Positions 19,303 through 28,946 of a stretch of 64,000 nt of DNA are shown piece by piece. The notes beneath the pieces are model-generated. The model was given only the letters and a program-made list of their open reading frames with translations, had not been told where the DNA came from and did no database searches. A program made the position numbers and the translations under genes. Each line of letters begins with the position of its first letter. Within the stretch, counting starts at the first letter, position 1. The stretch is from Sphingomonas sp. (lineage in GTDB: Bacteria > Pseudomonadota > Alphaproteobacteria > Sphingomonadales > Sphingomonadaceae): contig JAKFUX010000011.1 in assembly GCA_021732465.1 (NCBI GenBank), positions 9,374 through 73,373 on the forward strand. Reading direction: 5' to 3'.

Positions 19303-21390
19303 GGCGCGCTCGACGGCGCTTACGGCATCCGCCGCGCGCAGCGCAGCGATAACCCGCATCAGATGGTGCAGATCATGCACCTCCACATCAATCGTGTTGG
19401 TGTGATAGCCGGTATCGCGGTTATCCAGCCGCAGCCCCAGAATATTCGCCTTGTGCGCGCCGATGATTGTCGCGACCACGCCCAACGCGCCGGGTTCGTT
19501 CTTCAGCTGGACGGCGATCTGCGCGGTTGCTCCCTCGGTCTTGTCGCCCCAGGCCAGATCAACCCAATCGGCATCATCGCCATCGATCAGCTTTTTGCAG
19601 TCAATCGAGTGCACCTCGATGAGCCGGTCCGGGTGTCGCAAGCCGACGATCCGGTCGCCCGGCACCGGATGACAGCACTCAGCAAGGGTGAAGGCGATGC
19701 CATGCTTCAGCCCGCGAATCGAAATGGCGGCTGATTGCGGCGGTAAATCGCGCAAAGCATCCTTGCCCGCAGAACCGGGCATCAGTGCCTCCATCACCTG
19801 CGCATCGGTGATCCGGCGCTTGGCAATTGCCTCCATCAGCGCGGCCTCATCGGGAAGCTTCAGCCGCTTTACAGCGGCGATAATGGCGTCGGCGGCGGGC
19901 GTTGCCGGCAGACGCTGGACGATCTCATCATAAATCTTGCGGCCCAGCGCCTGGCCTTCAGTGCGTTCGGTCTGGCGCAAATGCCGGCGAATGGCCGCGC
20001 GCGCCTTGCCCGTAATCGCAAAATTCAGCCAGCCAGGCTGCGGCACCTGCGCCTTTGATTTCAGGATTTGCACCTGATCACCATTTTCAATCCGCGTGCG
20101 CAGCGGCACGACGCGCCCGTTGATCTTGGCCCCCACCGCCTGATCCCCCAGATCGGTGTGGAGCGCATAGGCGAAATCAATCGGCGTCGCGCCCTTGGGC
20201 AACTGGATCAGCTCCCCGCGGGGGGTAAAGCCGAAAATCCGATCCTGGTACATCGCCATCCGGGTATGTTCGAGCAGCTCCTCAGGGCTTTCGGCCGTAT
20301 CCAGAATTTCGATCAGGTCGGCGATCCAGCGGACCTGGTTATCGGGGCGCACTTTGGCTTGTTTATACGCCCAGTGCGCGGCCAGGCCGTGCTCGGCCTC
20401 TTCATGCATTTCCTGCGTGCGGATCTGGATTTCGACGCGCGTATTCTCGGCGTGCATCACCGATGAATGGAGCGATCTGTACCCGTTGCGCTTGGGGGTG
20501 GAGATATAATCCTTGAAGCGCCCCGGAACCATCGGCCAGCGCCGGTGGATCAGTCCAAGCGCGCTGTAACATTCCTCCACTGTCGGCACGATCAGCCGGA
20601 AGGCCATAATGTCCGATAACTGCTCAAAACTGATGTGCCTTTCGGCCATCTTTTTCCAGATGGAATAAGGGTGCTTTTCACGCCCCGAAACATCAGCCTC
20701 CACACCGCCGCGTGACAGCAGTTGCTTGAAACTGCCGGCAATCTTGTCGATCCGATCGCCGTCACCCTCCTGCAGTTGCACCAGCCGCTTGCTGATCGAG
20801 CTATATGCCTCTGGCTCCAGCTCGCGAAAGGCGAGCGTCTGCATTTCCTTCATGAATTCATACATGCCGATCCGCTCGGCGAGCGGCGCATAGATATCCA
20901 TCGTCTCGCGCGCGATGCGGCGGCGTTTGTCGGGATTGGCGATGTAATGCAGCGTGCGCATGTTGTGCAGCCGGTCCGCCAGCTTCACCAACAGCACGCG
21001 GATATCGTCTGACATTGCGAGCAGGAATTTGCGCAGATTTTCCGCCGCGCGCTCATTCTCTGTCTGCGCTTCGATTTTGCTCAGCTTGGTAACACCGTCC
21101 ACCATCCGCGCGACATTGGGGCCGAACAACCGCAGGATTTCTTCAGGCGTCGCGACGGTGTCTTCGATGGTGTCGTGCAGAATCGCGGTGGCGATTGTTT
21201 CGTCGTCGAGATGCAGGTCGGTCAAGATGCCCGCCACCTCGATCGGATGGCTGAAATAGGGGTCGCCCGATGCCCGCTTTTGGCTGCCATGGGCCTGGAG
21301 CGAAAAGACATAGGCGCGGTTCAGCAGCGCCTCATTGGCCTGGGGATCGTAGCTTAATACCCGATCGACAAGTTCATATTGCCGCAGCAC
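19300..21390 (-). CDS. spoT: Bifunctional (p)ppGpp synthetase/hydrolase (long RSH)
   Basis: QKRASGDPYFSHP, LHDTIED, KLADRLHNMRTL, KDYI..PK.NGY.SLH, TGS, ACT; GTG start at 21390. Confidence 0.95.
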   Translation of the reverse strand: MLRQYELVDRVLSYDPQANEALLNRAYVFSLQAHGSQKRASGDPYFSHPIEVAGILTDLHLDDETIATAILHDTIEDTVATPEEILRLFGPNVARMVDGVTKLSKIEAQTENERAAENLRKFLLAMSDDIRVLLVKLADRLHNMRTLHYIANPDKRRRIARETMDIYAPLAERIGMYEFMKEMQTLAFRELEPEAYSSISKRLVQLQEGDGDRIDKIAGSFKQLLSRGGVEADVSGREKHPYSIWKKMAERHISFEQLSDIMAFRLIVPTVEECYSALGLIHRRWPMVPGRFKDYISTPKRNGYRSLHSSVMHAENTRVEIQIRTQEMHEEAEHGLAAHWAYKQAKVRPDNQVRWIADLIEILDTAESPEELLEHTRMAMYQDRIFGFTPRGELIQLPKGATPIDFAYALHTDLGDQAVGAKINGRVVPLRTRIENGDQVQILKSKAQVPQPGWLNFAITGKARAAIRRHLRQTERTEGQALGRKIYDEIVQRLPATPAADAIIAAVKRLKLPDEAALMEAIAKRRITDAQVMEALMPGSAGKDALRDLPPQSAAISIRGLKHGIAFTLAECCHPVPGDRIVGLRHPDRLIEVHSIDCKKLIDGDDADWVDLAWGDKTEGATAQIAVQLKNEPGALGVVATIIGAHKANILGLRLDNRDTGYHTNTIDVEVHDLHHLMRVIAALRAADAVSAVERA

Positions 21391-21439
21391 GCGGGTAGGA
21401 TGGCCCCGCGTGCTGCTGCTTTGCAACATATAGTTGAGA

Positions 21440-21763
21440 TTAGTTTGCGCGCGCGTTGCACTTTTCGAGCATTGCAGCATCGATTGGCGTACCGGCCACG
21501 GTGAAAGTGTTCAGTTTGCCAACGCGCTGGACGACCATCTGGCACATGATCACGTCACGCTGGGTCGATTGCTTGGCGCTGCACACGCCGTCGGTGCACT
21601 TCCACAGCGTACCGGCGGTGATCACGGTTGCCTTGGTCGGCGCGGTTGCTGGCGTTGCGGTGTAATAGCCACCGGTCTGGGCAATTGCTGCGGTCGCAAA
21701 CAAAACTGAGCTGAGCAGGATCGAGCTGGCAAGGGCAGCGGCGGTCGTAAGAATGCGTGTCAT
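21440..21763 (-). CDS. Small exported protein with 4 Cys (Caulobacter CC_3452-like)
   Basis: Signal peptide, WKC...C, C..VV..VG, KCN; GGAG RBS. Confidence 0.75.
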   Translation of the reverse strand: MTRILTTAAALASSILLSSVLFATAAIAQTGGYYTATPATAPTKATVITAGTLWKCTDGVCSAKQSTQRDVIMCQMVVQRVGKLNTFTVAGTPIDAAMLEKCNARAN

Positions 21764-21822
21764 GATGAACTCCATGATCGGTTAGGGGGTCGGTTCGGGG
21801 AGGGGTCAAAAAGCCAACCGAA

Positions 21823-21872
21823 TTAGGTTGCGAATCGATACTTAGTCGATTAGGTTTCCAGTTGCAACTCAA
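21823..21872. promoter_or_regulatory. Two tandem pseudo-palindromic operators, probably for the adjacent HxlR regulator
   Basis: TAGGTTGC-N5-GATACTTA and TAGGTTTC-N5-GCAACTCA, 27 bp apart, between divergent genes. Confidence 0.65.
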
Positions 21873-21923
21873 AACTGATATTTCATTCGCATGACAGATA
21901 AATTTCGCTAGGATTGAGGATCT

Positions 21924-22415
21924 ATGGAAGCAAAGCTGCGAGAACCCTTACGCGAACTGGCCGAATGCAGCCTGCCGGCAGCATTGGAGGCGATGGGGGA
22001 GCGCTGGTCTTTTCTGATTTTGCGCGCGGCATTTAACGGGCTTTATCACTTCGAGGAATTCCAGTCGGAACTCGGCATTGCCCGCAACATCTTGGCGAAT
22101 CGGTTGGCCCGTCTTGTCGAGCACGGCATTTTGCAACGCGAACCAATGCCTGAGGATCGCCGCAAAATTGAGTATCGGCTCACCGAAAAGGGCTTTGCGT
22201 TGCTGCCCACAATGATCGCGCTGCGCCAATGGGGTGAACGCTGGGAAACCGGTTTTCCGGCATCGCCGGTGCTGGTCGACGAGCGCGACCGTCGGCCGAT
22301 AGCGCAGGTTGACGTCAGGGCGTGGGATGGCCGGGTGCTCACCAAGGCTGATCTGCTCTGGTCGCTGCCCGAACACGTCATGAACGACGAGATTGACGCA
22401 AAGGCGGCCGAGTAG
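21924..22415 (+). CDS. HxlR/DUF24 (MarR-type wHTH) regulator, possibly thiol-redox sensing
   Basis: N-terminal Cys (ECSL), GERWSFLILR, EYRLTEKG..L.P..LRQWGE. Confidence 0.9.
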   Translation: MEAKLREPLRELAECSLPAALEAMGERWSFLILRAAFNGLYHFEEFQSELGIARNILANRLARLVEHGILQREPMPEDRRKIEYRLTEKGFALLPTMIALRQWGERWETGFPASPVLVDERDRRPIAQVDVRAWDGRVLTKADLLWSLPEHVMNDEIDAKAAE

Positions 22416-22429
22416 ATTTAGGCGTAGAT

Positions 22430-22855
22430 TTAGGCCGCGACGAGTTTTTCCAGCGCCGTGCGCACGGGACCATCGATTGGCTTGGACCGCCCGGTCTCCA
22501 GATCGACATGCACGATCGTCATCAAAATCATGCAGTGCAGGTCGCCCGTCACGGCGTGGCACAGCTCAAACCGCTGCGTCATGCTGGTACCGCCCAGTCG
22601 TTCGATGCGCACAAACGCTTCGATCTCATCATTCATGACAAACGGTTTGAAATAGTCGATTTCGGTATGGCGGACGTGGAACTCAGCCTCGGTCCATTCA
22701 GGGCCCAGATCCTCAAGGCCAGTCCATGGCCAAAACTCTGAAATCGCCACATCGACATATTCCAGATAGCGTGAATTATAGACGACACGCTGGGCGTCCA
22801 CCTCTGCGTAGCGGACCTTGAATCGGGTCGAAAAAGAAAAGCCAGGGCGTGTCAT
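22430..22855 (-). CDS. Hot-dog-fold acyl-CoA thioesterase (YbgC/FadM type)
   Basis: VRYAEVDAQRVVYNSRY. Confidence 0.88.
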   Translation of the reverse strand: MTRPGFSFSTRFKVRYAEVDAQRVVYNSRYLEYVDVAISEFWPWTGLEDLGPEWTEAEFHVRHTEIDYFKPFVMNDEIEAFVRIERLGGTSMTQRFELCHAVTGDLHCMILMTIVHVDLETGRSKPIDGPVRTALEKLVAA

Positions 22856-22919
22856 GCGCGATCTGTTGGCGGGCGGCACCCGCGCCGTCAAGCTGGCGGC
22901 GATGATGGTCGCCCGGCCG

Positions 22920-24125
22920 TCACCCGGTTTGCGCTGGCGTATTCACCCCCATGCTCGCCAGATATTTCTTCACGTTTCGTGCCGCCTGGCGCAGCCGTTG
23001 CTCATTCTCGACCATCGCGATGCGCACATAGCCCTCGCCATTTTCGCCGTAGCCCACCCCCGGCGCGACCGCGACTTTGGCATGGCTGAGCAACTGCTTG
23101 GAAAACTCCAGGCTGCCCAGGTGCGCGAGTGCAGGCGGCAGCGGTGCCCAGGCAAACATTGATGCGCGCGGCGGGGGGATGTCCCAGCCTGCGCGGCCAA
23201 AGCTTTCGACCATCACGTCGCGGCGCTTATGATAAAGCTCGCGGTTGCGCTCGACGATATCCTGCGGGCCGTTTAGCGCCGCACAGGCAGCCGCCTGGAT
23301 GGGCGTAAATGCGCCATAATCAAGGTATGATTTCACCCGAGTCATCGCCGCAATCAGTTTCTTGTTGCCCACCGCAAAGCCGATCCGCCACCCAGCCATC
23401 GAATAGGTTTTGCTCAGGCTGGTGAATTCAACCGCAACGTCCTTTGCGCCCTTTACCTGCAGGATCGATGTGGTCGGCTTGCCGTCAAAATAAAGCTCGG
23501 AATAGGCGAGGTCAGATATCACCCACACCTTGTTCTCGCGCGCCCAGGCCACCAGCCGTTCGTAAAAAGCCAGATCAACCGTCTCTGCCGTGGGGTTTGA
23601 CGGGTAATTGACCACCAGAATGGATGGGCGGGGCACCGTGAAGTTCATCGCGCGTTCCAGCGCTTCCCAATAGCGCTCATCGGGCGTGGTCGGCACCGCG
23701 CGGATTGTGGCACCGGCGATGATGAAGCCAAAGGTGTGGATGGGATAGCTGGGGTTGGGGGCCAGCACGACATCGCCCGGCGCGGTAATCGCCGTGGCAA
23801 GGCTGGCAAGGCCTTCCTTGGACCCCATTGTCACCACGACTTCGCTATCGGCATCAAGCTCGACACCAAAGCGCCGCGCATAATAATTTGCCTGTGCCTT
23901 GCGCAGGCCGGGAATTCCGCGTGATGCCGAATAGCCATGGGCATCGGGCTTTGCGGCCACCTCGCACAGTTTGTCGATCACATGATCGGGTGGCGGCAGA
24001 TCAGGATTGCCCATGCCCAGATCGATAATGTCCTCTCCGCCAGCGCGCGCCGCCGCCCGCATCGCATTCACTTCGGCGATGACGTAGGGTGGCAGGCGTT
24101 TGATGCGGTAAAATTCGTCGGACAT
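22920..24125 (-). CDS. PLP class I/II aminotransferase (LL-DAP aminotransferase/AlaC-like)
   Basis: RLPPYV, DLGMGNPD, NYPSNPT, SDLAY, SLSKTYSMAGWRIG; start at MSDEFY. Confidence 0.9.
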   Translation of the reverse strand: MSDEFYRIKRLPPYVIAEVNAMRAAARAGGEDIIDLGMGNPDLPPPDHVIDKLCEVAAKPDAHGYSASRGIPGLRKAQANYYARRFGVELDADSEVVVTMGSKEGLASLATAITAPGDVVLAPNPSYPIHTFGFIIAGATIRAVPTTPDERYWEALERAMNFTVPRPSILVVNYPSNPTAETVDLAFYERLVAWARENKVWVISDLAYSELYFDGKPTTSILQVKGAKDVAVEFTSLSKTYSMAGWRIGFAVGNKKLIAAMTRVKSYLDYGAFTPIQAAACAALNGPQDIVERNRELYHKRRDVMVESFGRAGWDIPPPRASMFAWAPLPPALAHLGSLEFSKQLLSHAKVAVAPGVGYGENGEGYVRIAMVENEQRLRQAARNVKKYLASMGVNTPAQTG

Positions 24126-24247
24126 GCGTTCTTTCCATCGGCAGCGGGTGTCGGTTCGCCCTGTTATACGCGATTTGCAGCGCGGGGCGAATGACGGCGG
24201 GCAAAGCTTGCGGTAAGCGGGGGGAAATAACAAGAATCGAGGATGTG

Positions 24248-26062
24248 ATGAGCGCGCCAGAGCACAGCACCACGCCGCCGAAGGGTTCCCGTGCAGCGCA
24301 GGATCGGGGGCAGGATCGGGGGGCGCCCGACCTCGCCAATCCTGGCTTTTCCATTCCCAGCCTTGAAGACATGCAGCACTGGACCTGGGTGATGGGCCGC
24401 GCGCAGCAAATGATGCTGGAGGCAGGGTTGCAGACCATGCAGGAAACGCCTGCACTGCCAATCATCCCCGGCTTTACCGACCGCGCGACGATGGCGCGCG
24501 CGCATGATTTCTGGATCGACAGCATGAAGCTGTGGCAGCATTTTCTGGCACCCGACTTGGCCGAACCGATCGCGGAATCGCCAGAACACGTGCAGGATAA
24601 GCGGTTTAAGGCGCCGCAATGGCGCGAAAATCCGGTGTTCGACTGGATCAGGCAAAGCTATTTTCTGGTGTCCGATCATCTTCTGCGCGGTGTTGATGAG
24701 GTTGAGGGAATGGATGACCGGCACCGCGAGCAACTCCGCTTTGCCACACGCGGCTTTGTCGATGCGATGAGCCCCAGCAATTTCCCCGCGACCAACCCGT
24801 TGGTACTGGAAAAAACGCTGGAAACCGGCGGCGAGAATCTGCTCCACGGGCTGCAGAATATGATGACAGATCTGGCAAAGGGCCAGCTGACGCATACCGA
24901 TCCCGATGCATTTGCGGTGGGCCGCAATCTGGCGATGACGCCGGGCAAGGTCATCAAGCGCACGCCGCTATACGAGCTAATCCAGTATACGCCGACGACG
25001 CCCGATCTACTGGCGGTGCCGCTGGTGATCTTTCCGCCGTGGATCAATCGATATTATATCCTCGACCTGAACCCGGACAAAAGTTTCATCAAATGGGCAG
25101 TCGACCAGGGGCTGACGGTATTCGTCGTGTCCTGGAAATCCGCAGATGCCACCATGAAGGACATCGTCTGGGACGATTATGTCGAGGCCGGGCAGATCGA
25201 TGCGATCGACACGGTCCTTGATCTGCTCAACGTCGAGAGCGTTCACGCAATCGGCTATTGCGTTGCGGGAACCACGCTGGCGGCGACATTGGCGGTGCTT
25301 GCCGCGCGCGGCCAGGCCGCGAAGGTGAAAAGCGCGACCTTCTTTACCGCGCAGGTCGATTTCGCGCGGGCTGGCGAATTGCTCAATTTTGTCGACGATG
25401 AACAGATGCAGCGGATTGAACAGCTATCGCCGGAAGGGTTTCTGGATGGGCGCTATATGGCAGCGACGTTCAACCTGCTGCGCGGCCGAGATCTGATCTG
25501 GAATTACGTCACCAACAATTACCTGCTCGGTCAGGATTACGCCCCGTTCGATCTGTTGCATTGGAATGGCGACACCACCAATTTGCCGACCAAATGGCAT
25601 TTGAGCTATTTGCGAGACCTTTACCGCGACAATTTGCTCGTCAAGCCGGGCGTGATGGCGATTTCGGGCACACCGATTGATCTGCGTGCGGTGGCAACGC
25701 CAAGCTATGTCCAGGCCGGCCGTGATGATCATATCGCCCCTGCGGACAGCGTTTGGCAGATTACGCATCACTTCACCGGGCCGATTCGGTTTGTGCTTGC
25801 AGGGTCTGGTCATATTGCGGGCGTGGTCAATCCGCCGGCCGCTGGCAAATATCAGTATTGGACAAATCCAACCCTGCCTGAAACGCTTGACGCTTTCATC
25901 GCCGGGGCCACCGAAACCAAGGGAAGCTGGTGGCCAGACTGGATCGCGTGGATTCGCGCGCAGGATGAATCGACGGTGCCCGTGAAAGGCGCGCGCAAAC
26001 CCGGCAAGGGGCGCTTGAAATCCCTGGGTGACGCGCCAGGAGAGTATGTCGCGGCACGATAA
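24248..26062 (+). CDS. phaC: Class I PHA synthase
   Basis: DKRF, PSNF..TNP, PPWINRYYILDL, lipase box GYCVAG, DHIAP, SGHIAG, GSWW. Confidence 0.96.
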   Translation: MSAPEHSTTPPKGSRAAQDRGQDRGAPDLANPGFSIPSLEDMQHWTWVMGRAQQMMLEAGLQTMQETPALPIIPGFTDRATMARAHDFWIDSMKLWQHFLAPDLAEPIAESPEHVQDKRFKAPQWRENPVFDWIRQSYFLVSDHLLRGVDEVEGMDDRHREQLRFATRGFVDAMSPSNFPATNPLVLEKTLETGGENLLHGLQNMMTDLAKGQLTHTDPDAFAVGRNLAMTPGKVIKRTPLYELIQYTPTTPDLLAVPLVIFPPWINRYYILDLNPDKSFIKWAVDQGLTVFVVSWKSADATMKDIVWDDYVEAGQIDAIDTVLDLLNVESVHAIGYCVAGTTLAATLAVLAARGQAAKVKSATFFTAQVDFARAGELLNFVDDEQMQRIEQLSPEGFLDGRYMAATFNLLRGRDLIWNYVTNNYLLGQDYAPFDLLHWNGDTTNLPTKWHLSYLRDLYRDNLLVKPGVMAISGTPIDLRAVATPSYVQAGRDDHIAPADSVWQITHHFTGPIRFVLAGSGHIAGVVNPPAAGKYQYWTNPTLPETLDAFIAGATETKGSWWPDWIAWIRAQDESTVPVKGARKPGKGRLKSLGDAPGEYVAAR

Positions 26063-26106
26063 CGTCTTAAATATCAGTTAGTTAACTGCCGACTATTGCG
26101 TTTTGT

Positions 26107-26164
26107 TGCGCTGCACAAAAAACTCTTGCATCGCGCGTTGCATGCTATATATTGCAGTGCAGCA
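26107..26164 (+). promoter_or_regulatory. Two PhaR-type boxes upstream of the phasin
   Basis: TGCGCTGCACAA (26107-26118) and TGCAGTGCAGCA (26153-26164) both fit the TGCRNYGCASMA consensus reported for Bradyrhizobium PhaR. Confidence 0.75.
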
Positions 26165-26185
26165 AACGAGAGCAAGGAGGCCGCT

Positions 26186-27034
26186 ATGGCTGACAAGACG
26201 ATCACGACTAACCAAGCGGCTCCTGTTGTAAAGGCAGCAGCAACCCCGGTTGTTGCTCCCACCGCAGCAGCGGTTGCCCCAATCCCCGCAGCGGTTTCCG
26301 CGCCGGTTGAGGTGAAAGCCGCACCCAAGCCTCCCGTGATTGCTGAAACGGCCTCTGCAAAAGTTTTGGCCAAGTCGGCGACGCCAAAGCCTGCCGCGCC
26401 AAAGGCCCCAGAGCCAAAGGTCAGCGAGCCAAAGGTCACCGCGCCGAAGGCGCTCGCACCCAAGGCGGTAACGCCGGTCGCAGCGCCCGTGAAGAAGCCC
26501 GCAGCAAAGCCGGTGAAGAAGATTGTTAGCGTAAATACCCAAGCCAAGCCAGTCGCTGCGCCTGCAGCGCCCCACACCAAAAAGGAAGTGACCACCATGG
26601 AAAACACCATCAAGAACACCACCGACAAGGCTCAGGCCATGTTTGTTGACATGAACGACCGCGCCAAGGCAGCCCTCGAAAAGACCCAGGGCATGTTTGC
26701 TGACGTGACCGAGTTCAACAAGGGCAACGTCGAAGCGCTCGTCGAATCGTCGAAGATCGCTGCCAAGGGCATCGAAACGATGGGCCAGGACGCCGCTGAA
26801 TATACCCGCAAGTCGTTCGAAAACATGACCGCGATCGTCAAGACGCTGTCGGCTGTGAAGTCGCCAACCGAGTTCATGAAGCTCCAGAGCGATTACATGC
26901 GCACGTCGTTCGACTCGATGGTTGCTGAATCGTCGAAGACCACCGAAACGATGCTGAAGCTCGCTGGTGAGATCGTACAGCCGATCTCAAACCGCGTTGC
27001 GATTGCTGCTGAGAAGATCAAGATCAGCGCATAA
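26186..27034 (+). CDS. phaP: Phasin with long Ala/Pro/Lys-rich N-terminal extension
   Basis: AAGGAGG RBS; Phasin_2-like C-terminus ([27 protein letters not shown]). Confidence 0.9.
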   Translation: MADKTITTNQAAPVVKAAATPVVAPTAAAVAPIPAAVSAPVEVKAAPKPPVIAETASAKVLAKSATPKPAAPKAPEPKVSEPKVTAPKALAPKAVTPVAAPVKKPAAKPVKKIVSVNTQAKPVAAPAAPHTKKEVTTMENTIKNTTDKAQAMFVDMNDRAKAALEKTQGMFADVTEFNKGNVEALVESSKIAAKGIETMGQDAAEYTRKSFENMTAIVKTLSAVKSPTEFMKLQSDYMRTSFDSMVAESSKTTETMLKLAGEIVQPISNRVAIAAEKIKISA

Positions 27035-27075
27035 TCGGTCCGGCCCGGCGCAATGTCGGGCCAGGAAAGCCAATG

Positions 27076-27108
27076 AAAGGGCGGTTGCAGCGATGCAGCC
27101 GCCCTTTT
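27076..27108 (+). terminator. Intrinsic terminator after phaP
   Basis: AAAGGGCGGTTGCA-GCGA-TGCAGCCGCCCTTTT. Confidence 0.8.
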
Positions 27109-27164
27109 CATGTCAGTTTTCGTGCAAATTTTTGGTTATCGCGGTGGTTCGGCCACGCTTGCCT

Positions 27165-27192
27165 CTTGCCCTTGGGCGGGCAGGTGCCATAT
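27165..27192 (+). promoter_or_regulatory. Putative RpoH (sigma32) promoter of clpS
   Basis: CTTG-N18-CCATAT. Confidence 0.55.
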
Positions 27193-27203
27193 TTTCATTT
27201 CAC

Positions 27204-27563
27204 ATGATGAGCCAGCCCAACCCTCCGCGCGCCATGGCGCAGCGCCCACCCGGTGACGATGACGAGGGTACCGGCCTTGGTATCGCAACCCGCACGCGCA
27301 CCCGCACCAAACAGCCAACGCCTTACCGGGTGCTGATGCTGAATGATGATTATACGCCGATGGAATTTGTGGTGCTGTGCCTGCAACGCTTTTTCCGGAT
27401 GAGCATTGAGGATGCGACTCGGGTGATGCTGCACGTCCACCAAAAGGGCGTCGGCGTGTGCGGGGTGTTCAGCTATGAAGTGGCGGAGACCAAGGTGAGC
27501 CAGGTCATGGATTTCGCCCGCCAGCACCAGCATCCGCTGCAATGCACGATGGAAAAGGCGTAA
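27204..27563 (+). CDS. clpS: Clp protease adaptor ClpS
   Basis: [30 protein letters not shown]; start 27204 or 27234. Confidence 0.95.
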   Translation: MMSQPNPPRAMAQRPPGDDDEGTGLGIATRTRTRTKQPTPYRVLMLNDDYTPMEFVVLCLQRFFRMSIEDATRVMLHVHQKGVGVCGVFSYEVAETKVSQVMDFARQHQHPLQCTMEKA

Positions 27564-27644
27564 CTGCGGCGCGGTTACCAATTCATCGACCGCCGTTTGC
27601 GCCATCCCCTTGCGCGGCATCGCTGACCCGGTAGAAGATTTCCA

Positions 27645-28928
27645 ATGGACAGAATTATCATTCGCGGCGGCAATCGCCTGTCGGGCCGTCTTCCCATTTC
27701 AGGGGCCAAGAACGCAGCGTTAACGCTGATGCCCTGCGCGCTGCTGACCGAAGAGCCGCTGACGCTGCGCAACTTGCCGCGCCTCGCCGATGTCGACGGG
27801 TTCGGCCATTTGCTCAACCAGCTGGGCGTGTCGACCATGATAGAGGGTTCGCGCCCGGACGAGTTTGGGCGCGTTATGACGCTGAAGGGCGGACGCCTGA
27901 CATCCACAGTCGCGCCCTATGATATCGTGCGGAAAATGCGCGCCTCTATCCTGGTGCTCGGGCCGCTGGTCGGCCGGGCGGGTGAGGCAACGGTGTCGCT
28001 GCCTGGCGGCTGTGCGATCGGGAATCGTCCGATTGACCTCCATCTGAAAGCGCTTGAATCGCTCGGTGCCGAAATCGAACTCGCCGCCGGCTATGTAAAG
28101 GCAACCGCACCGGGTGGCCGTTTGGCCGGCGGACGCGTGAGTTTTCCGATCGTTTCGGTTGGTGCGACTGAAAATGCGTTGATGGCCGCCGTGCTCGCCA
28201 AGGGGCCATCGGTGATCGACAACGCCGCGCGCGAGCCCGAGATCGTCGATCTGTGCAACTGCCTGGTGGCAATGGGTGCTTCGATTTCAGGCATCGGCAC
28301 AGAAACGATCGAGATTGAAGGGCGCGACCGGCTCCACGGCGCAACCTACCGTGTGATGCCTGACCGGATCGAGGCGGGCAGCTATGCCTGTGCGGCGGCG
28401 ATTACCGGCGGTTCGCTTGATCTGTTGGGTGTGTCCGCTGCTGATATGCGCGCGACGACGGCCGCCTTGGTTGAGGCGGGCGTGACGGTGGAGGAACATG
28501 GTGATTTCATGCGGATCACAGCCAACAATGGCCTGGGCCCGTTGACGCTGTCGACCGCGCCGTTCCCCGGCTTTGCAACGGACATGCAGGCGCAGTTTAT
28601 GGCGATGCTGTGCATGGCCGACGGGGCGAGCGTGCTGACCGAGACGATTTTCGAAAACCGCTATATGCACGTTCCCGAACTCGCCCGGATGGGCGCGGAT
28701 ATTCAGGTGCGTGGCCGTACAGCGGTGGTGCGCGGCGTCGACAAGCTGATCGGCGCGCCGGTGATGGCGACCGATCTGCGCGCGTCGATGAGCCTGATCC
28801 TGGCGGGCCTGGCCGCAGAAGGAGAGACGCAAGTTCAGCGCGTCTATCACCTTGATCGCGGCTATGAACGGTTGGAGGAAAAACTCTCCGCTGTGGGCGC
28901 CGATATTGAGCGCGTCAGCGACGGCTGA
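27645..28928 (+). CDS. murA: UDP-GlcNAc enolpyruvyl transferase
   Basis: [41 protein letters not shown]. Confidence 0.98.
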   Translation: MDRIIIRGGNRLSGRLPISGAKNAALTLMPCALLTEEPLTLRNLPRLADVDGFGHLLNQLGVSTMIEGSRPDEFGRVMTLKGGRLTSTVAPYDIVRKMRASILVLGPLVGRAGEATVSLPGGCAIGNRPIDLHLKALESLGAEIELAAGYVKATAPGGRLAGGRVSFPIVSVGATENALMAAVLAKGPSVIDNAAREPEIVDLCNCLVAMGASISGIGTETIEIEGRDRLHGATYRVMPDRIEAGSYACAAAITGGSLDLLGVSAADMRATTAALVEAGVTVEEHGDFMRITANNGLGPLTLSTAPFPGFATDMQAQFMAMLCMADGASVLTETIFENRYMHVPELARMGADIQVRGRTAVVRGVDKLIGAPVMATDLRASMSLILAGLAAEGETQVQRVYHLDRGYERLEEKLSAVGADIERVSDG

Positions 28929-28946
28929 CGCGCTCAACAGCCTGGG

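Noticed and set aside
22412-22435. 12-bp direct repeat GTAGATTTAGGC between convergent stops
   Set aside because: Most simply a slippage duplication; no functional signal
22920-24461. N-terminal extensions in the ORF track (aminotransferase, spoT, lgt, purD, clpB, clpS, M23)
   Set aside because: They overlap neighbouring genes or promoters; family homology starts at downstream codons
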